A program made the translations under genes and the position numbers. The notes beneath the pieces are model-generated. The model was not told where the DNA came from, searched no databases, and saw only the letters and a list, made by a program, of their open reading frames with translations. Shown piece after piece: positions 39,234 through 52,732 of a stretch of 64,000 nt of DNA. The DNA is taken from assembly GCF_004010195.1 (NCBI RefSeq), contig NC_057752.1:13568104-13632103 (forward strand), given 5' to 3'. The stretch comes from Chiloscyllium plagiosum (Eukaryota). Position 1 is the stretch's first letter. Each line of letters begins with the position of its first letter.

Positions 39234-39432
39234 GTTAAAAATCACAACACCAGGTTATAGTCCAACAGGTTTAATTGGAAGCACACTAGCTTTCAGAGCG
39301 CCGCTCACATCAGGTGGTTGTGGAGCGTCGCTCCGAAAGCTACTGCTCCCAATTAAACCTGTTGGAATATAACCTGGTGTTGTGGGATTTTTAAACTTTG
39401 TACACCCCAGTCCAACACCGGCATCTCCACAT
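39234..39432. mobile_element. Short palindromic Penelope-derived element
   Basis: acaacaccaggttatagtccaacaggtttaattgg inverted with ccaattaaacctgttggaatataacctggtgttgt; ggagcgtcgctccGAAA stem in the middle. Confidence 0.65.
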
Positions 39433-41399
39433 CAGGGATAGTATTCGCATTTATGCAAAACCTGCCCCCAAGAAATATCGCAGGCACCACACTGATCTCA
39501 GTTGATAATTCCAATTGTGAATGCAAGGTCTTAAATGACTCAAAATGTCCTTCCTTCCCATTTTGACTGGACTGGTCATTTCTTTAGCTGCTTAACATTA
39601 GCATTTAATTCTCCGGTCACAAGAAAGTTGCTGGATGCCAAACGTGGAGCAGTCACATACACAGTATGAAAAATTGCATGATCATGTGCCAATTATTGTA
39701 CAATGTTGTCATTGTTAACCAACAATTTCAAAAAAACACTTAAAAAATGGGTGATTGGAAGCAATTGTATTGGCGTGGCTATTTCTATTCGTGATGAAGG
39801 GCTTTTGCCTGAAAGGTCGACTCTCCTGCTTCTCTGATACAGCCTGACCCTGCTGTGCGTCTCCAGCACCACACACTTGACTGATCTGCAGTCCTCACTT
39901 TCATCCTGGCTATTTAAGATTGCTGCAGTCAAATTCATGAGAACACTTGGTTCACCCAAATAAAACTATGCAGCGGGTACCAAAACGGATTGAAAAACCA
40001 GGCCGGACTTTCGTGGACTGCAAAAGTCGTTTTGAAGTACAGGTTCACCTGAAATTCATGAGTAAAAGATTTTGAGAAGCCAGGACGTATTCCACTCAAA
40101 ACGTGTATGACAGATACACAAAAAAAAAAGATGTACTGCGGCTGCTGGGAATCAGAAATTTAAAAAGAAACAAAATGCTGGTCAAAGTCAGCAGCTAGAG
40201 AGAGATAAACAGTGAACCTTTTGAGTCAATGTCCTGAGAAGGCCAGAGAAGGAGGATTTCCTAATGTTATCTTTCAATGTCCTGGCTTGGATTTGAAACG
40301 GTTGTCACCTTGCTCTAGACTCTCCTAGTAGAAGAATTAGTCTCAACCTACCCTCCAATGGCCATTAATGATCAGCACCACAAATAGATAATTGCCTTTT
40401 TTCCCCAAATATTCAAGGGAATATAAACCTAGTCTACACCATCTATCCTTTAATTCAACCTTTTTAAGCCAGTGTATAATTCTCGAGGATGTTGCTTTGC
40501 ACGTTCTCATTTGAAATAAAAGGTCAATATTCCATTAATCTATTCAAGTGCTTTGCACCTACAACGAAGTCTGTATAATCCTCTAAATCTCTCCGCACCA
40601 CCAGGTCCTCACTTCCACTAACTCTTTAGGTCTAAAACGAGTAGCCTCACTCTTCCTTATATTGAACTCTCATCGGTCAGTGTTTTGCCTACTCAATCTC
40701 ATGTCAGAACCAAAAAACCTGTAGGCGCTGGAATCCAAAATAGACAGGCAGGAGGCTGGGACACAGCAAGCCAGGCAGCAGCAGGAAGTGGAGAAGCTGA
40801 TGCTTCAGGTGTAACCCTTATTCAGTCCTGAAGGGTTACAGCCGAAACATTGACTTCTCCACCTCCTGATGCTGCCTGGTTTGCTGCGTTCTTCCAGCCT
40901 CCTGCAAGTCTACTCAATCTAGCGACCTGCCTTTTGCAGCTTGCTGTCCCTATCCATTCTGCCACTCAAACCTCATCAGCACACTCAAAAACAGTTCTCC
41001 ACTCTTTCATCCAAGTTATGTCCGAATATTGATTTTAAAAATGTCTAAGCCCCAGTGTGGACCTGTAAGGTCCAGCACTTAAGTCATACCCTATCAACTT
41101 GAGAACCTTCTGTTATCTCTACTCCAACTTCCTAGTCATTTTACCATCAAGAGTTAACTGCACTGCCTAACTGCATCCGCCTCTGGAAGCCCATACTTGA
41201 TAAATCCTTTAAGATTTCAACTAATGCTTGTTAGACATGACTTGCCTGTTGGAAAATACACACTGGCTCTGATCAACTCACATTTGTCCAAATTCTAAGC
41301 TTAGATGGCTTAATTTCAATGTATTAATCAAAAGCTCTTGCCGTCAAAGGGTTGAAAAGCAAATACAACCCAATGTTGGGTTTTAAAAAACTTTCACCA

Positions 41400-42440
41400 A
41401 GTGTTTGAGTAAGTCAAAAAATGTTTAATAAAAACACTGTATCCTGTTTACATAGTGTTTAACCATTATGCAATCACAGTGTTGCCCAAATATTTTCCAG
41501 AATTGGTGGAAGTAGATACCGACTTGGTCTAAGTATGGCAAACTGCTGCATTATTCACAAAGCTCAAAGGTTTTTTTTAAGATTTACAAAGCAGTTAGCA
41601 CAAAAAGAAAATTATTAGGAGACAAACATATACACAGAACTTCAATAAAAATGACAGGCTAGCTGCCAGAGACTTATCTGACAGCCACAATATCTGATCA
41701 ATAAAAGGATGGATAATGTTGGCTCTGCTCATCTCAGCAGCACGGCACCATCTCCAAGATGGCGACTAGGTAATCCAGGTCACGGGTTTAGAAATGTAAA
41801 ACCAAAAAGGAGACAATTATTTCTGGTGTCTGGCTTTGCAACTTGGCAGAATGTTACCATCAGGAAACAAGTACTTCACTGGAAGCTAGCGATGGCATCT
41901 AAAGACTGGAGCTGTTGGCTTTATCCGAAGTTGGACTGTCCAGGACTCTAACACTGTACTGATGTAATAAGCACTCTGATCTCTGCCACCAGGTTGCTCA
42001 GCTGCCTGACAGTTTTTTTCAGCTATCTACTTTCGACTTAAAATAGAAATTCCATTTTGGGACAAAAATATTACATTCATTGCTCACTCTTCACATTAAT
42101 GGCCTCTCCTTACTTCTAATTGTCTGTTGGCCAAGGAGAATGAATGCCTGCCTCAGTGTTTTGCTGATTAGATTCATTACCAAGATATACATTCATATGT
42201 TTGTAGCACTACTCATCTGTACCAGTTCCACCACAAAAAGATGACTGCAGCAGACAAACGTAAAATTCCACTTTAGCCGATCAATAAAAATGCACATTTC
42301 TGACTGTTCGTCTGCAGGTTTGTTTATTATCTAGTGATCGGTGATCACAAAACGTGCCATTACACATGGCAAAGTGCAAATTGACTGGTTCGTGCGCTAA
42401 CACCCGAAGATGTATTTGCTTTATACTAAGTTACGTATCC
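41400..42440 (-). other. OS9: Probable OS9 3' UTR with candidate poly(A) signals
   Basis: About 1 kb free of recognisable repeats after the stop. Minus-strand AATAAA near 42323-42328 and ATTAAA at 41424-41429, the latter followed by T/GT-rich sequence. Confidence 0.5.
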
Positions 42441-42578
42441 CTAGAAGTCCATATCATCGGAATCTGTGCTGCTTGATGACTGTGCTTCTTCTTGGCTTTC
42501 CCCCCACACAAAACGGTAGTTATCTTCCAGCTGTTGCTGTCTCTGCTGTTCTTTGTAAACTTCTTCAGTACCACCAGT
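42441..42578 (-). CDS. OS9: OS9 terminal coding exon (TGGTEEVYKEQQRQQQLEDNYRFVWGES...DSDDMDF*)
   Basis: ttttcttccccaacAG acceptor; 138 bp ending in TAG at 42443-42441; resembles the human C-terminus 'ERQRQKELESNYRRVWG...DEFDF'. Confidence 0.95.
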   Translation of the reverse strand, partial: TGGTEEVYKEQQRQQQLEDNYRFVWGESQEEAQSSSSTDSDDMDF

Positions 42579-42749
42579 CTGTTGGGGAAGAAAATACATA
42601 AACTACTTTAGATTTCCAATTATACACAGTCAGGGCATTTCCATTTGTCAATAGCTGTTAATCTGAGCTACCAGGTTTCAAAAAGCAAAAACAAAAAGTC
42701 ACGACTCTGCTCAATGTTTTCCCTTTTCACAGCACTGCCTTTCCTTCAT

Positions 42750-44165
42750 AAAAACCAAAAGAACTGCAGATTTGGCAAGTCAGAGACAAAACTAGAAATG
42801 GCTGGTAAAGCTCAGCAAGTCTGACAGAGTTTTCAGAGTTAGTTAACGTTGCAGGTCAAATGACTCTTCCTCAGAACTGAAGGTAGCTCGGAAAACACTT
42901 TTTTTTTTGTAGAAGGGTAAGAAGGGGGTAAGGTGTAAACGATAGGTGGGGATAGATCTCAAAGAGAGAGAACAGTTAGACAGACAGACAAAGGAGTGGA
43001 TAACAACCAGCCAAGGAGAATTATGTAGCTACTAATGAGGACGGTTATTGGCTAACAATAGGTTGCATGTAACAGCAGACCATGTGATAACAAGGCCGAG
43101 TGTTTGGGGAGAAAGTGAGGTCTGCAGATGCTGGAGATCAGAGCTGGAAATGTGTTGCTGGAAAAGCGCAGCAGGTCAGGCAGCATCCAGGGAACAGGAG
43201 AATCGACATTTCGGGCAATCCTCATTCCTGAAGAAGGGCTTATGCCCGAAACGTCGATTCTCCTGTTCCTTGGATGCTGCCTGACCTGCTGCACTTTTCC
43301 AGCAACACATTTTCAGCGACAATTTAGCATGGCCAATCCACCCTAACCTACACATCCCTAGGCACTGTGGGACAATTTAGCATTGCCAATCCACCCTAAC
43401 CTGCACATCCCTGGGCACTATGGAACAGTTTAGTATGGCCAATCCACCCTAACCTGCACATCCCTGGGCACTATGGGACAATTTAGCATGGAGGAGAAAC
43501 AAGCCTGAGACAGAGACACTGGAACAGGGTGGGGTGTTAAAGTGGCAGGTAACTGGAAGCTCAGTTTCTTATTGCGGACAGAACGTCGGTGTTCTACGAA
43601 CCAGTTCCCCAGGCAACGCTTCATTTCCCCAGCGTACAGGAGAGCACATTGTGAGCAGTGAATGCAGTAGTCTAGATTGTGGGAAGTGCAGGTAAAGCAC
43701 TGCCTCACCTCCCTCCTCCTTGGATACGGAGGAGGGAGGGAGGAAACAATTGCAAGGGAAGGTGCTGTGTGTATGTGAAGGGGGGGAGAACCAGGGTGTC
43801 CTGAAGGGATTAGCCCTTGTGGAAGGTGCCAACTTCAACAAGGAGTCCACCACAATGTCGTTCTTTCTCAACCGAGGATTCCCCAACACCATAGCTGACA
43901 GGGCCCACAGCCGGATCCTACCAATCTCCCGCGCTTTAGCCCTCATTTCCCACCCACCCCCACCCCTTTCCAGCAACAGCGAGCATCCCCCTTGCCCTGA
44001 CCTACCATCCCACCAGCATTCACAACCAGAGTGTCATTAGCAGTCACCTCCAGACACCTATTTCCCTTCTCTCCCGTCATCCTTCCACAAGGACCCAAAC
44101 TGTTAACTCCTTTCTCTCCACAGCTGCTGCCAGACCTGCTAAGCGTTACCAGCAATTGCTGTTTA
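42750..44165. mobile_element. Rearranged Penelope-like cluster (pLTRs and GIY-YIG remnant on the minus strand) with nested short elements
   Basis: ORF 43430-43708: FTCTSHNLDYCIHCSQCALLYAGEMKR; FFLNRGFP on the plus strand. Confidence 0.75.
43319..43490 (-). repeat. 53-bp tandem repeat (about 3.3 copies) derived from an HE1 SINE internal segment
   Basis: acaatttagcatggccaatccaccctaacctgcacatccctgggcactatggg repeated; it is the reverse complement of the HE1 segment near 27833-27885. Confidence 0.85.
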
Positions 44166-44515
44166 TGTTATGTTGAGTCTTTCTTGGTGTCCCTTCAGAT
44201 GCTTGCAGCCAGACTGCTGTTACTCCTGCTCCATTACAGAGTTTGCTTGTGGAACGTCCTCCTTGGTCAGGTGCCCTGCACTGGGGGCTTGGATCCCATT
44301 ACGTTGGCACTCAGACTGGCAATAAATGAGAAGGCCAATATCACATGCCTTGGGTGGGGGAGGAATAGTTTAGCAAAAAAGATTGATAGCACTGAATTGG
44401 ATTTTTCACTCAATTCCCTTGTATTATATCAGAAGTAACAGTTTGAGCTTGTTCATAATTTGGATACAAGCAATCCTTAAAACAAAAACATACTGTCAGT
44501 TGAACTTTAAGAACT

Positions 44516-44828
44516 GGTCATGTTGCGACTGTACAGGACATTGGTTAGGCCACTGTTGGAATATTGCGTGCAATTCTGGTCTCCTTCCTATCGGAAAGAT
44601 GATGTGAAACTTGAAAGGGTTCAGAAAAGATTTACAAGGATGTTGTTGCCAGGGTTGGAGGGTTTGGAGCTATAGGGAGAGGCTGAACAGGCTGGGGCTG
44701 TTCTCCCTGGAGCGGAGGCTGAGGAGTGACCTTAGAGGTTTACAAAGTTAAGGGGCATGGATAGGATAACAGACTCTTTCCTGGGGTGGGACAGTCCAGA
44801 ACTAGAGGGCATAGGTTTAGGGTGAGAA
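44516..44828 (+). mobile_element. CR1 fragment in the last OS9 intron
   Basis: gtacaggacattggttaggccactgttggaatattg (LYRTLVRPLLEYC). Confidence 0.85.
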
Positions 44829-45571
44829 TAGAGCATGTAAAATATCAGTGTTATTCTCAAACAGCCCACCGACACCCCCTCTGTGGGGTCAGGGTCTTAA
44901 CAAATTCACCCTTGTGTCTATGAATTGAGAAGGCACTGGAGATTACTGCTCCGAACACTCCGTAGGGAAAACACCAATCTTGCTCACTGCCTTTTTTTAA
45001 AAAAAGGTTTATTTGTGGGATGTAAACAAGTAGGATTCAGATGCATACTTGCTGTCGGGCCAAGGGCTGGTAAATAGAATTTGAATATTAGGTGCTTTTT
45101 TTTGCCAGTGCAGACTACGGGCTGAAGGGCTTTTTTCTGTGCTGGCAACCTCTATGACTATGTGGGCATCACTTGCTAGCACAGTATTTATTGTTCACTC
45201 CAAGGTGTCCCCTGTACAGGTTGATGCAACTGAACAGCTTGCTTGGCTATTTTCACAGCAGTTAAGAGTCAACCATGTTGCTGTCATTCTGGAGTCACAC
45301 GTCAGCCAGACAAGCTAACGATGGCAGATTTCCTTCCCTGAAAAGGACAATAAAACCAATCCTACCTGGTTCCCGAAACAATCTACAATGGTTTCTCACT
45401 CATCACTTTCATTTCCAGGGGTGGTGGAATTCAAATTCCACAATGTATTGTGGTGGGATTCAAACTCAACCCCAGAGCATCCTAGGTCTCTAGATTGCCT
45501 GCCAACCATCAAAACCACTACGTCATTACCTCTGTTTTAGTAACAACATAAAAAGGCAGAAACATTGGTAC

Positions 45572-45684
45572 CAGTAAGTTGATGAGAAGCTCTCGGAAGG
45601 ATTTAGTATCTTCTTCCGATAGCCAATGCATGTCATCATCATCGCCAAGTGATCTGGTTGTTACAATCTTCACTTCAATTTTAC
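45572..45684 (-). CDS. OS9: OS9 penultimate coding exon (GKIEVKIVTTRSLGDDDDMHWLSEEDTKSFRELLINLL)
   Basis: tttatttctcAG / GTacca; 113 bp, phase 1-0; resembles human 'GKIEIKIV...WLTDEDTRNLKEIFFNIL'. Confidence 0.94.
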
Positions 45685-46797
45685 CTGAGAAATAAAAATA
45701 TCCAGGTGTTAACACAGTGAATTAGTATCACACCCCGTCAACCTTGCTCTGCAGAAACAGCAATTTCATTCAAAAACTTTTCTTTGTAGCCAGTAAAATG
45801 ACTTTTTTTGTACCTCTAATTACTACACAGTCATTGCTACTTTAGGTCTGACAAAAGTACACAAAGGACAGATTTACATCCTGTTCAGTAAGATTCTGCA
45901 TACTTCAGTATTTCAAGCTATAATTAGTGGGTAATGCTTCAATCTTAGCCCTTATTTAACTGCTCCGTTGCTAATTAAACTTGGCTGCGGCCACTTATTC
46001 AGATTGCATGAAATGTTAATCTTGTACAGAATGGTGTCACCACTGGGAGACCACTCTTGCTTCCTGTGGCTTTAAACTTGAACGAGATGATGGAACCCAC
46101 CACCGCTCACTCCCACTTCCTTAAACCCCGAAAATAACGGCACATTTGCAGGACTTCCTTCCGGACTTCGGAGACCACACCCGAAACAGAACTCTCCTCC
46201 CGGTGGAAGCAATGCCCCACAGTTGCACTAACATGCTAGTTAAGTGAATAAATGGACAGCCCAATTTAAAAACCACTCCATCCCTTCACATTCAAAACCT
46301 GTGAAAGTCGGATTTAAAATGAGCTCTGACAATAATCTGGAATAAACACGTCACAAACTTTTAAGTGAGCATAAATTAAGAAACAGGACAAAACAGAATT
46401 AGTAAATGTACAGGAACAGTAGTCATGGAAGGAACTACGTAACTACATGCCCATTTCATTGTCAACTGGAACATTAGACAGAAGCAAACTGCCTCAAATA
46501 CATGGGGAGAGGTCGGGTGTAGGAGCTTACTTTACTGGTGTTGACCAGCCATCAAGGCCTTGGCTTATGCAAAGGGCAAAACAAAAAAAAATGTTCAATA
46601 ACAGGTTGCTGGCAAATCAAAATTTCAGGACAATATTTTGTTTTAAAGAAAACCAAATTCCCCTTCAATTGAGGGGGAACAGCTCCTCAACAAATTGAGG
46701 GCAGACAGGTTTAAACTATTGCAAAACTGAGAGCACCACGATTCCAGCAAATTAAAACATCAACCTCAGGTTATCCTAATACTGCTGCAAAAAGATT

Positions 46798-47860
46798 CTT
46801 TCATGGGGTGTGGGTGTCACGGTCTAGGCCAGCAGCATTTATTGCCCATTCCTAATTGCCCTGGAGAAAATGGCAGTGGGTTACAAGTCCACATGGCGTA
46901 GATACATTTAGTGACAGTGAAGGAACAGCGATATACTTCCAAGTCAGGATGTGGAGTGGCTGGGAAGGAAACCTGCAAGTGTTGGGACTCCTTATGGACC
47001 TGCTGCCTGGAAGTGGTCTAGGTTTGGAAGGTGCTGTCTAAGAAGCCTTAGTGAATTTTGCAGTGTATCTTGTAGATGGGACACTGCTGTCAGTGATGGA
47101 GTTGAAGGCGGTGAGAATAAGGTGCCAATCAAGCGGCTGCTTTGTCCTGGATGGTGTTGAGCTTCTTGAGTGTTGTTGGAGCTGCCCCCATCCAGGGGCA
47201 AGTGGGGAGTATTCCATCACCCTCCTGACTGGTGCCTTGTAGATGATGGGACAGGCTTTGGGGAGTCAGGTGGTGAGTGACTTGAAGGTACATGTGCATG
47301 TCTGTGCACACACACGTGTGTCTCTGTGTCGGAGAGTCTGGTCCAGCGGTTTCTGAACAACAGCAACCCTGAGGATGTTGATAATGGGGCAGTAATGATA
47401 AAGTCATTGAATTGCATGGGACGATGGTCAGACATTTTTTTCTTTCAGATGATCATTACTTGGCACTTAAATGGCAATAAATATTTGTGCCAACTATCAG
47501 TGTAATCTGAAAGCTGTCCAGGATTTGCTGCACATGGAGATGGACTGCTTTAGCATCAGATGAGTCATAAAGAGTGCTGAAAATTAATCAGTTAACATCT
47601 CAAATTCAGAATTCATGGTGGAAGAGAATTGGTGAAGCCGAGGACACTACCCTAAGGAACTTCTGCAGCTTAGGTGACACCTCCCCACCCCCCACCAACC
47701 ACAACCATCTTCCTTTGTGCCAGATAAGACTCCAACCGGAGGACAGCTCCTTCCCTCGACTCCCACACCAAGTTGCCACAGACTCCAGCTTTGCCAGGCC
47801 TCCTTGATGCCACTGTCAAATTCAGCACTGACAAAAAGGGCAGTCACTCCCCTCTCACAT
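46798..47860 (-). mobile_element. L2/CR1-superclade LINE, degraded
   Basis: WMGAAPTTLKKLNTIQDKAA; shared 3' tail. Confidence 0.75.
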
Positions 47861-48717
47861 TGTAAAGAATTTTAGGCTTACAATAATTTAGTATCTAGCC
47901 TTTATATATATATATGGACCTTGGAATTGAGCGACTGAAATTTCCACAGTGTTATCATCTGATAATTTATTTAATGATCAATTAGATTGAACCTGTACAG
48001 TCTGGCAAAATGCTGAGAATTGAACCACAATGGAAAAAGAAAAATCATATAGCAGCCAGTCAGCCTCAAAATTGCTATTTTGAACCCTTGCATAGTGGCC
48101 CAACATGTATGGACACAGCTCAAAGACACGTGCCCAAAGATGACAAGGTGCTCAGAGAGCACGACTAAGTCACAATACAGTGCAGTGTTAAATAAAACCA
48201 TCACCACCGTTCTGCACCTTCTGCTAATCAAGGGGACGGAGATCAGGGCTGGGGACAGGAAGGTAGTGCCACTTCTGGCATCCACTGATGGGGAGGGAGG
48301 GGTAGATGCAGATGGGAAAACCAGCTTTATTCTGTCAGCATTTCAGCATGACAGTGTACATCCTTCCACAGAATGCGCATTATTAATTTCCCCAAAACAA
48401 AGCTTAAGTTTAGCCATTATAGGGCTTGTATGGTTTTGCATCAAAAAGCTGTCAAACTCATTTCACATGGTTCCTTATCACTGGCAGAAACTCATGGTAT
48501 CACTTCCAGTCAAAATGCAAATTCATGTCGCAGGGGGAGAGCAGTGCTGAGAGACACCCAAGCTCTACAGTAGAACAATTTATTTTCTGGACTGCTGAGG
48601 TGGAATGTCAGAAGCCCTCCACTGTCTTATTTTAAGACAACACTTCGTTCCCATTGGCAGGAGGGGGAGATGCAGGAAGGCTTACTGTTGCAGCAGTATA
48701 AATAGTCTCCAAACTAC

Positions 48718-48891
48718 CTTCTGCTTTCAATCCTGCTTTCTCCAGCTGCTCTTTCACCACATTCTGAATCTGCCTGAGCTGGGGGTCTGTGCCACTCATT
48801 TCACGCACTTTCATTTCTTTATGGAGTGGACTGCCTGGGTTGATTTTTGTGACTCGAACTTTAACGTGTCCCTCAGTATCTTCATCAGTTT
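48718..48891 (-). CDS. OS9: OS9 coding exon (ETDEDTEGHVKVRVTKI...DPQLRQIQNVVKEQLEKAGLKAE(G))
   Basis: catttcAG / GTagtt; 174 bp, phase 1-1; resembles human 'HRVRVRVTKL...NPQLKQIEGLVKELLEREGL'. Confidence 0.93.
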
Positions 48892-51800
48892 CTGAAATGC
48901 AGCAAGAGGTCAGTCGCAAAGGTACAAAGGATATTCCAGTTTATTAAAAAAAAAAGACAGTACATAAATCCTAGCATTTTGTAACATTGAGATTGCAGTT
49001 TCCACAAAAATACCTACATCCCCATGTTAACTTGGATAGCTGTTAACAGTTTAAGGAAATTAACAAGAGAGTAGCTCTAACAAACCATCAGGGCACAGGA
49101 CTCCATGCAAAACTTCAACATCCATTTTTAAAAACCTTGGAAGTTTTTAAACTGGCTGTGCTCCTATCTGAAACTACCAGCTACAACCTATAGATACCAT
49201 ACTTTTAAGACCAACTTCAGAAGAGATTTTGAGGACGACTTTGATTACTGGCGATTATTCAAATAACACTCCTGGAGTGGGGTCTAGTGCCTCGGGAGTA
49301 GAATTAGTAACGTGAAAAGAAAAAAAAAGTTCCAAATCAGCTGAAGGTGCTCAGAACCAGTTAAATAAGCAGAGATAGATGGCACATAGCCCAAAGATGT
49401 GAGACAAGAGAGATTTTTGAGGCATTGGTAATCATGAGTAAGCTATTGTTCCAGTTGGCTGAAAAATAGGCAAATAAAGGCAATTTGCAGTGCAAAATAA
49501 TGAAATTTCTCAAATAACCCAGCAAACAAAAGTAAACTCTAAAGGGAAGACTTTGCTCACCGCTACAATCTCAGGGAATTGCAGAAACTTCTACTACCTG
49601 GGGGTGCTTAGATTTCCCAAACAACCAAAAAAACTTTTGCTAGCTCAAAGCGGTGGAAATTCAACATCAATGGCCAATGATAGAAAGGACAGGTACTCGA
49701 CGAAGTCATGACAACGCAGAGATACAGAATGGGCTGATCCAGGGTTCAGAATTGACACATTTAAACACTTGGATTCATAAATTAATTACAAATTATTCAA
49801 ACTTTTAGATGAAGCTAAATTAGGAAGGAGGTATAGATAGTCACGACAGAAAATTAGGTAATGTAAAATGCATAACATTTAAATACAAGAGGCAGATGAA
49901 ATTAACACAGATATTGAAAGAACAAAAAAAGAACATATTCTCAGGAATGGTCATTGTTAAAATGGAGACCTTAGTTGACACCAAGCTCAACATATCCAAC
50001 ATTGACTGAGCAGCAATTAATAAAGTGAACTGAAGTATATCGTCAACACAATAGAAAACAAGTCAGAAAACCAGGTCCGATCACATACTGCCGAGTGAAT
50101 CCAACCATCACCAAGACACATCAGAGGCATAAATGTTCGCAGGGAAAGTTGCGGAAAAAGAGCAAGGAGTTGCGTTCCTTAAATTAGAGGTCAGCATGAT
50201 CAGGAAATCTTTGTAAAAACAGTCATTTCACCTTTCAAAAAGGAGAACACCAATAGGGACTTGCAAAGCAGTGTTAAAAAAGATTAAAACTGCTGCCACC
50301 ACTGTCCACTAGAAAAAGAACAAAGTTTTTAATTAATGTCAGGATATCCTTCAAAACTGCCCAAGATGCAATGCCAGATGAGGTATACGGCAAAAGCTCT
50401 GGAATCATTCAAGGGGAAAAAAAAGCTGTGGGTGATGAAAGAGGAAGAGATAAAGTGGAATCATAGAAAGTTAAGGCAGAGGAGTCATGTTATGGCTGCA
50501 GAGCCCCCTTTTCTCCTCACTATAATCTTGTAGGCTCCTCATCCCCAAATACCTGTTACCTCCCTTTTCAACTCCTTGATGGAATCAGTTTCTACTGACA
50601 TTTCTTCTTCCCCCCCCCCCCCCTCCACAAAAAAAAGAGAGATCCAGATTCTGACAATTCAGTGGAGTTTTCATCTCCCTTCCACATCTTCCAAATTAGT
50701 CCAAATAGACATTTGGCTGCTTACCAAATTGCCAGCAGAAACCTCTTTTCTACTCATCAAAACCCCCTTCACTATCTTGAAAACCAAAACCTCTGACATC
50801 TTAACCCTGTGCTTCAAAAAAAAGCAGCATCTTAACCTTTCCCAACTTCCTCACAATAACCAAGGTCTCTCACTCTGACAGCATCCTGGTAAGTCTCCTC
50901 CTTATCTTAAGGCATTTCCTGAGCGTATGTATTCTGGATAATTCTAGCCCAGAGGCCTAACCAATGAGTTATGAAACTGTTTTTAATATTACACACCACT
51001 ATTTATAAACCTAAGCAAGCCATCTGCATTTTTTTTTAAACTAGTCCTGCCATCTTGAAGGATTGGTGTACATGGATCAAGGTACATCTGTTTGTCTAAA
51101 CTTTATTGCATACGACCTTTCAATATTAACACATCTTCTCAAGGATCACCATACTGAACTCCATGTGCCATGCTTGTGCCACCTGGACCATCCTTTTGAA
51201 AGGATTGTCATGAAGTGGGAATTATCCTTGCCTAGCATTTGTGCGTCTACATTGCAGATCTGCAAACTTCAAAATGCTGCTCAACATGGACACCAAATAT
51301 GCCTCCTCTACTATTATCCCATCTACAATCTCCCCTCTTCTTTCATTCATCCTCTCCCCACATAATGGCAAAAGCAAAGAACTCACTTAGTAAGGTTTGT
51401 AGCTCAGGGTGTAGGGTTGAGGGTGTAGGTTTGCTCGCTGAGCAGTAGGTTTGATATCCAGACGTTTCATTACCTGGCTAGGTAACATCATCAGTGGCGA
51501 CCTCCAAGTGAAGTGAAGCTGTTGTCTCCTGCTTTCGATTTATATCTTTCTCCTGGATGGGGGTTCCTGAGGTTTGTGGTGATGTCATTTCCTGTTTGTT
51601 TTCTGAGGGATTGATAGATGGTATCTAGATCTATGTGTTTGTTTATGGCGTTGTGGTTGGAGTGCCAGGCCTCTAGGAATTCTCTGGCATGTCTTTGCTT
51701 AGCCTGTCCCAGGATAGAGGTGTTGTCCCAGTCGAAATAGTGTTTTTTTTTCATCCGTGTGTAGGGCTATGAGGGAGAGAGGGTCGTGTCTTTTTGTGGC

Positions 51801-52144
51801 TCGCTGGTGTTCATGTATCCTGGTGGCTAACTTTCTTCCTGTTTGCCCTATGTCGTGTTTGTGGCAGTCCTTGCAGCCCTACCAATCATCAAACCAAAAC
51901 TCTGGGTTCACTACATAGAGGTTTCCTTTTGTGATGACAAAGGTGTCAAGATAGAAGAGACATTTATCATCATCAACAACACCCTCACAGGCATAAAGTT
52001 CACCAAGGAGGAAGAAACCGACAACAAACTCACATTCCTGGATGTCACAGTCGAAAGAAAGGACAATGGAGAACTACAAACCTGCGTATACAGAAAACCG
52101 ACAAACACTGACCAAATACTCAACTACACCAGCAACCATCCCAA

Positions 52145-52577
52145 NNNNNNNNNNNNNNNNNNNNNNNNNNNNNNNNNNNNNNNNNNNNNNNNNNNNNNNN
52201 NNNNNNNNNNNNNNNNNNNNNNNNNNNNNNNNNNNNNNNNNNNNNNNNNNNNNNNNNNNNNNNNNNNNNNNNNNNNNNNNNNNNNNNNNNNNNNNNNNNN
52301 NNNNNNNNNNNNNNNNNNNNNNNNNNNNNNNNNNNNNNNNNNNNNNNNNNNNNNNNNNNNNNNNNNNNNNNNNNNNNNNNNNNNNNNNNNNNNNNNNNNN
52401 NNNNNNNNNNNNNNNNNNNNNNNNNNNNNNNNNNNNNNNNNNNNNNNNNNNNNNNNNNNNNNNNNNNNNNNNNNNNNNNNNNNNNNNNNNNNNNNNNNNN
52501 NNNNNNNNNNNNNNNNNNNNNNNNNNNNNNNNNNNNNNNNNNNNNNNNNNNNNNNNNNNNNNNNNNNNNNNNNNNNN
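52145..52577. other. Assembly gap
   Basis: N-run inside the Penelope element. Confidence 0.99.
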
Positions 52578-52692
52578 CAACCCCTCAGAAAACGAACAGG
52601 AAATGATATCACCACAAACCCCAGGAACCCCATCCAGAAGAAAGATATCAATGGAAGGCAGGAGACAACAGCTTCACTTCACTTGGAGGTCG

Positions 52693-52732
52693 CCACTGAT
52701 GATGTTACCGAGCCAGGTAATGAAACGTCTGG
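52693..52732 (+). ncRNA. Minimal hammerhead ribozyme motif (inverted copy at 51458-51497)
   Basis: cca-CTGATGA-t-gttacc...ggtaat-GAAA-cGTC-tgg. Confidence 0.78.

Noticed and set aside
48080..48550. 156-aa plus-strand ORF in an OS9 intron
   Set aside because: Non-ATG start, no recognisable domain, no splice support; consistent with chance.
48686..48717. Extension of the OS9 exon to the GTaagc donor as the main form
   Set aside because: It gives phase 0, incompatible with the phase-1 start of the next exon.
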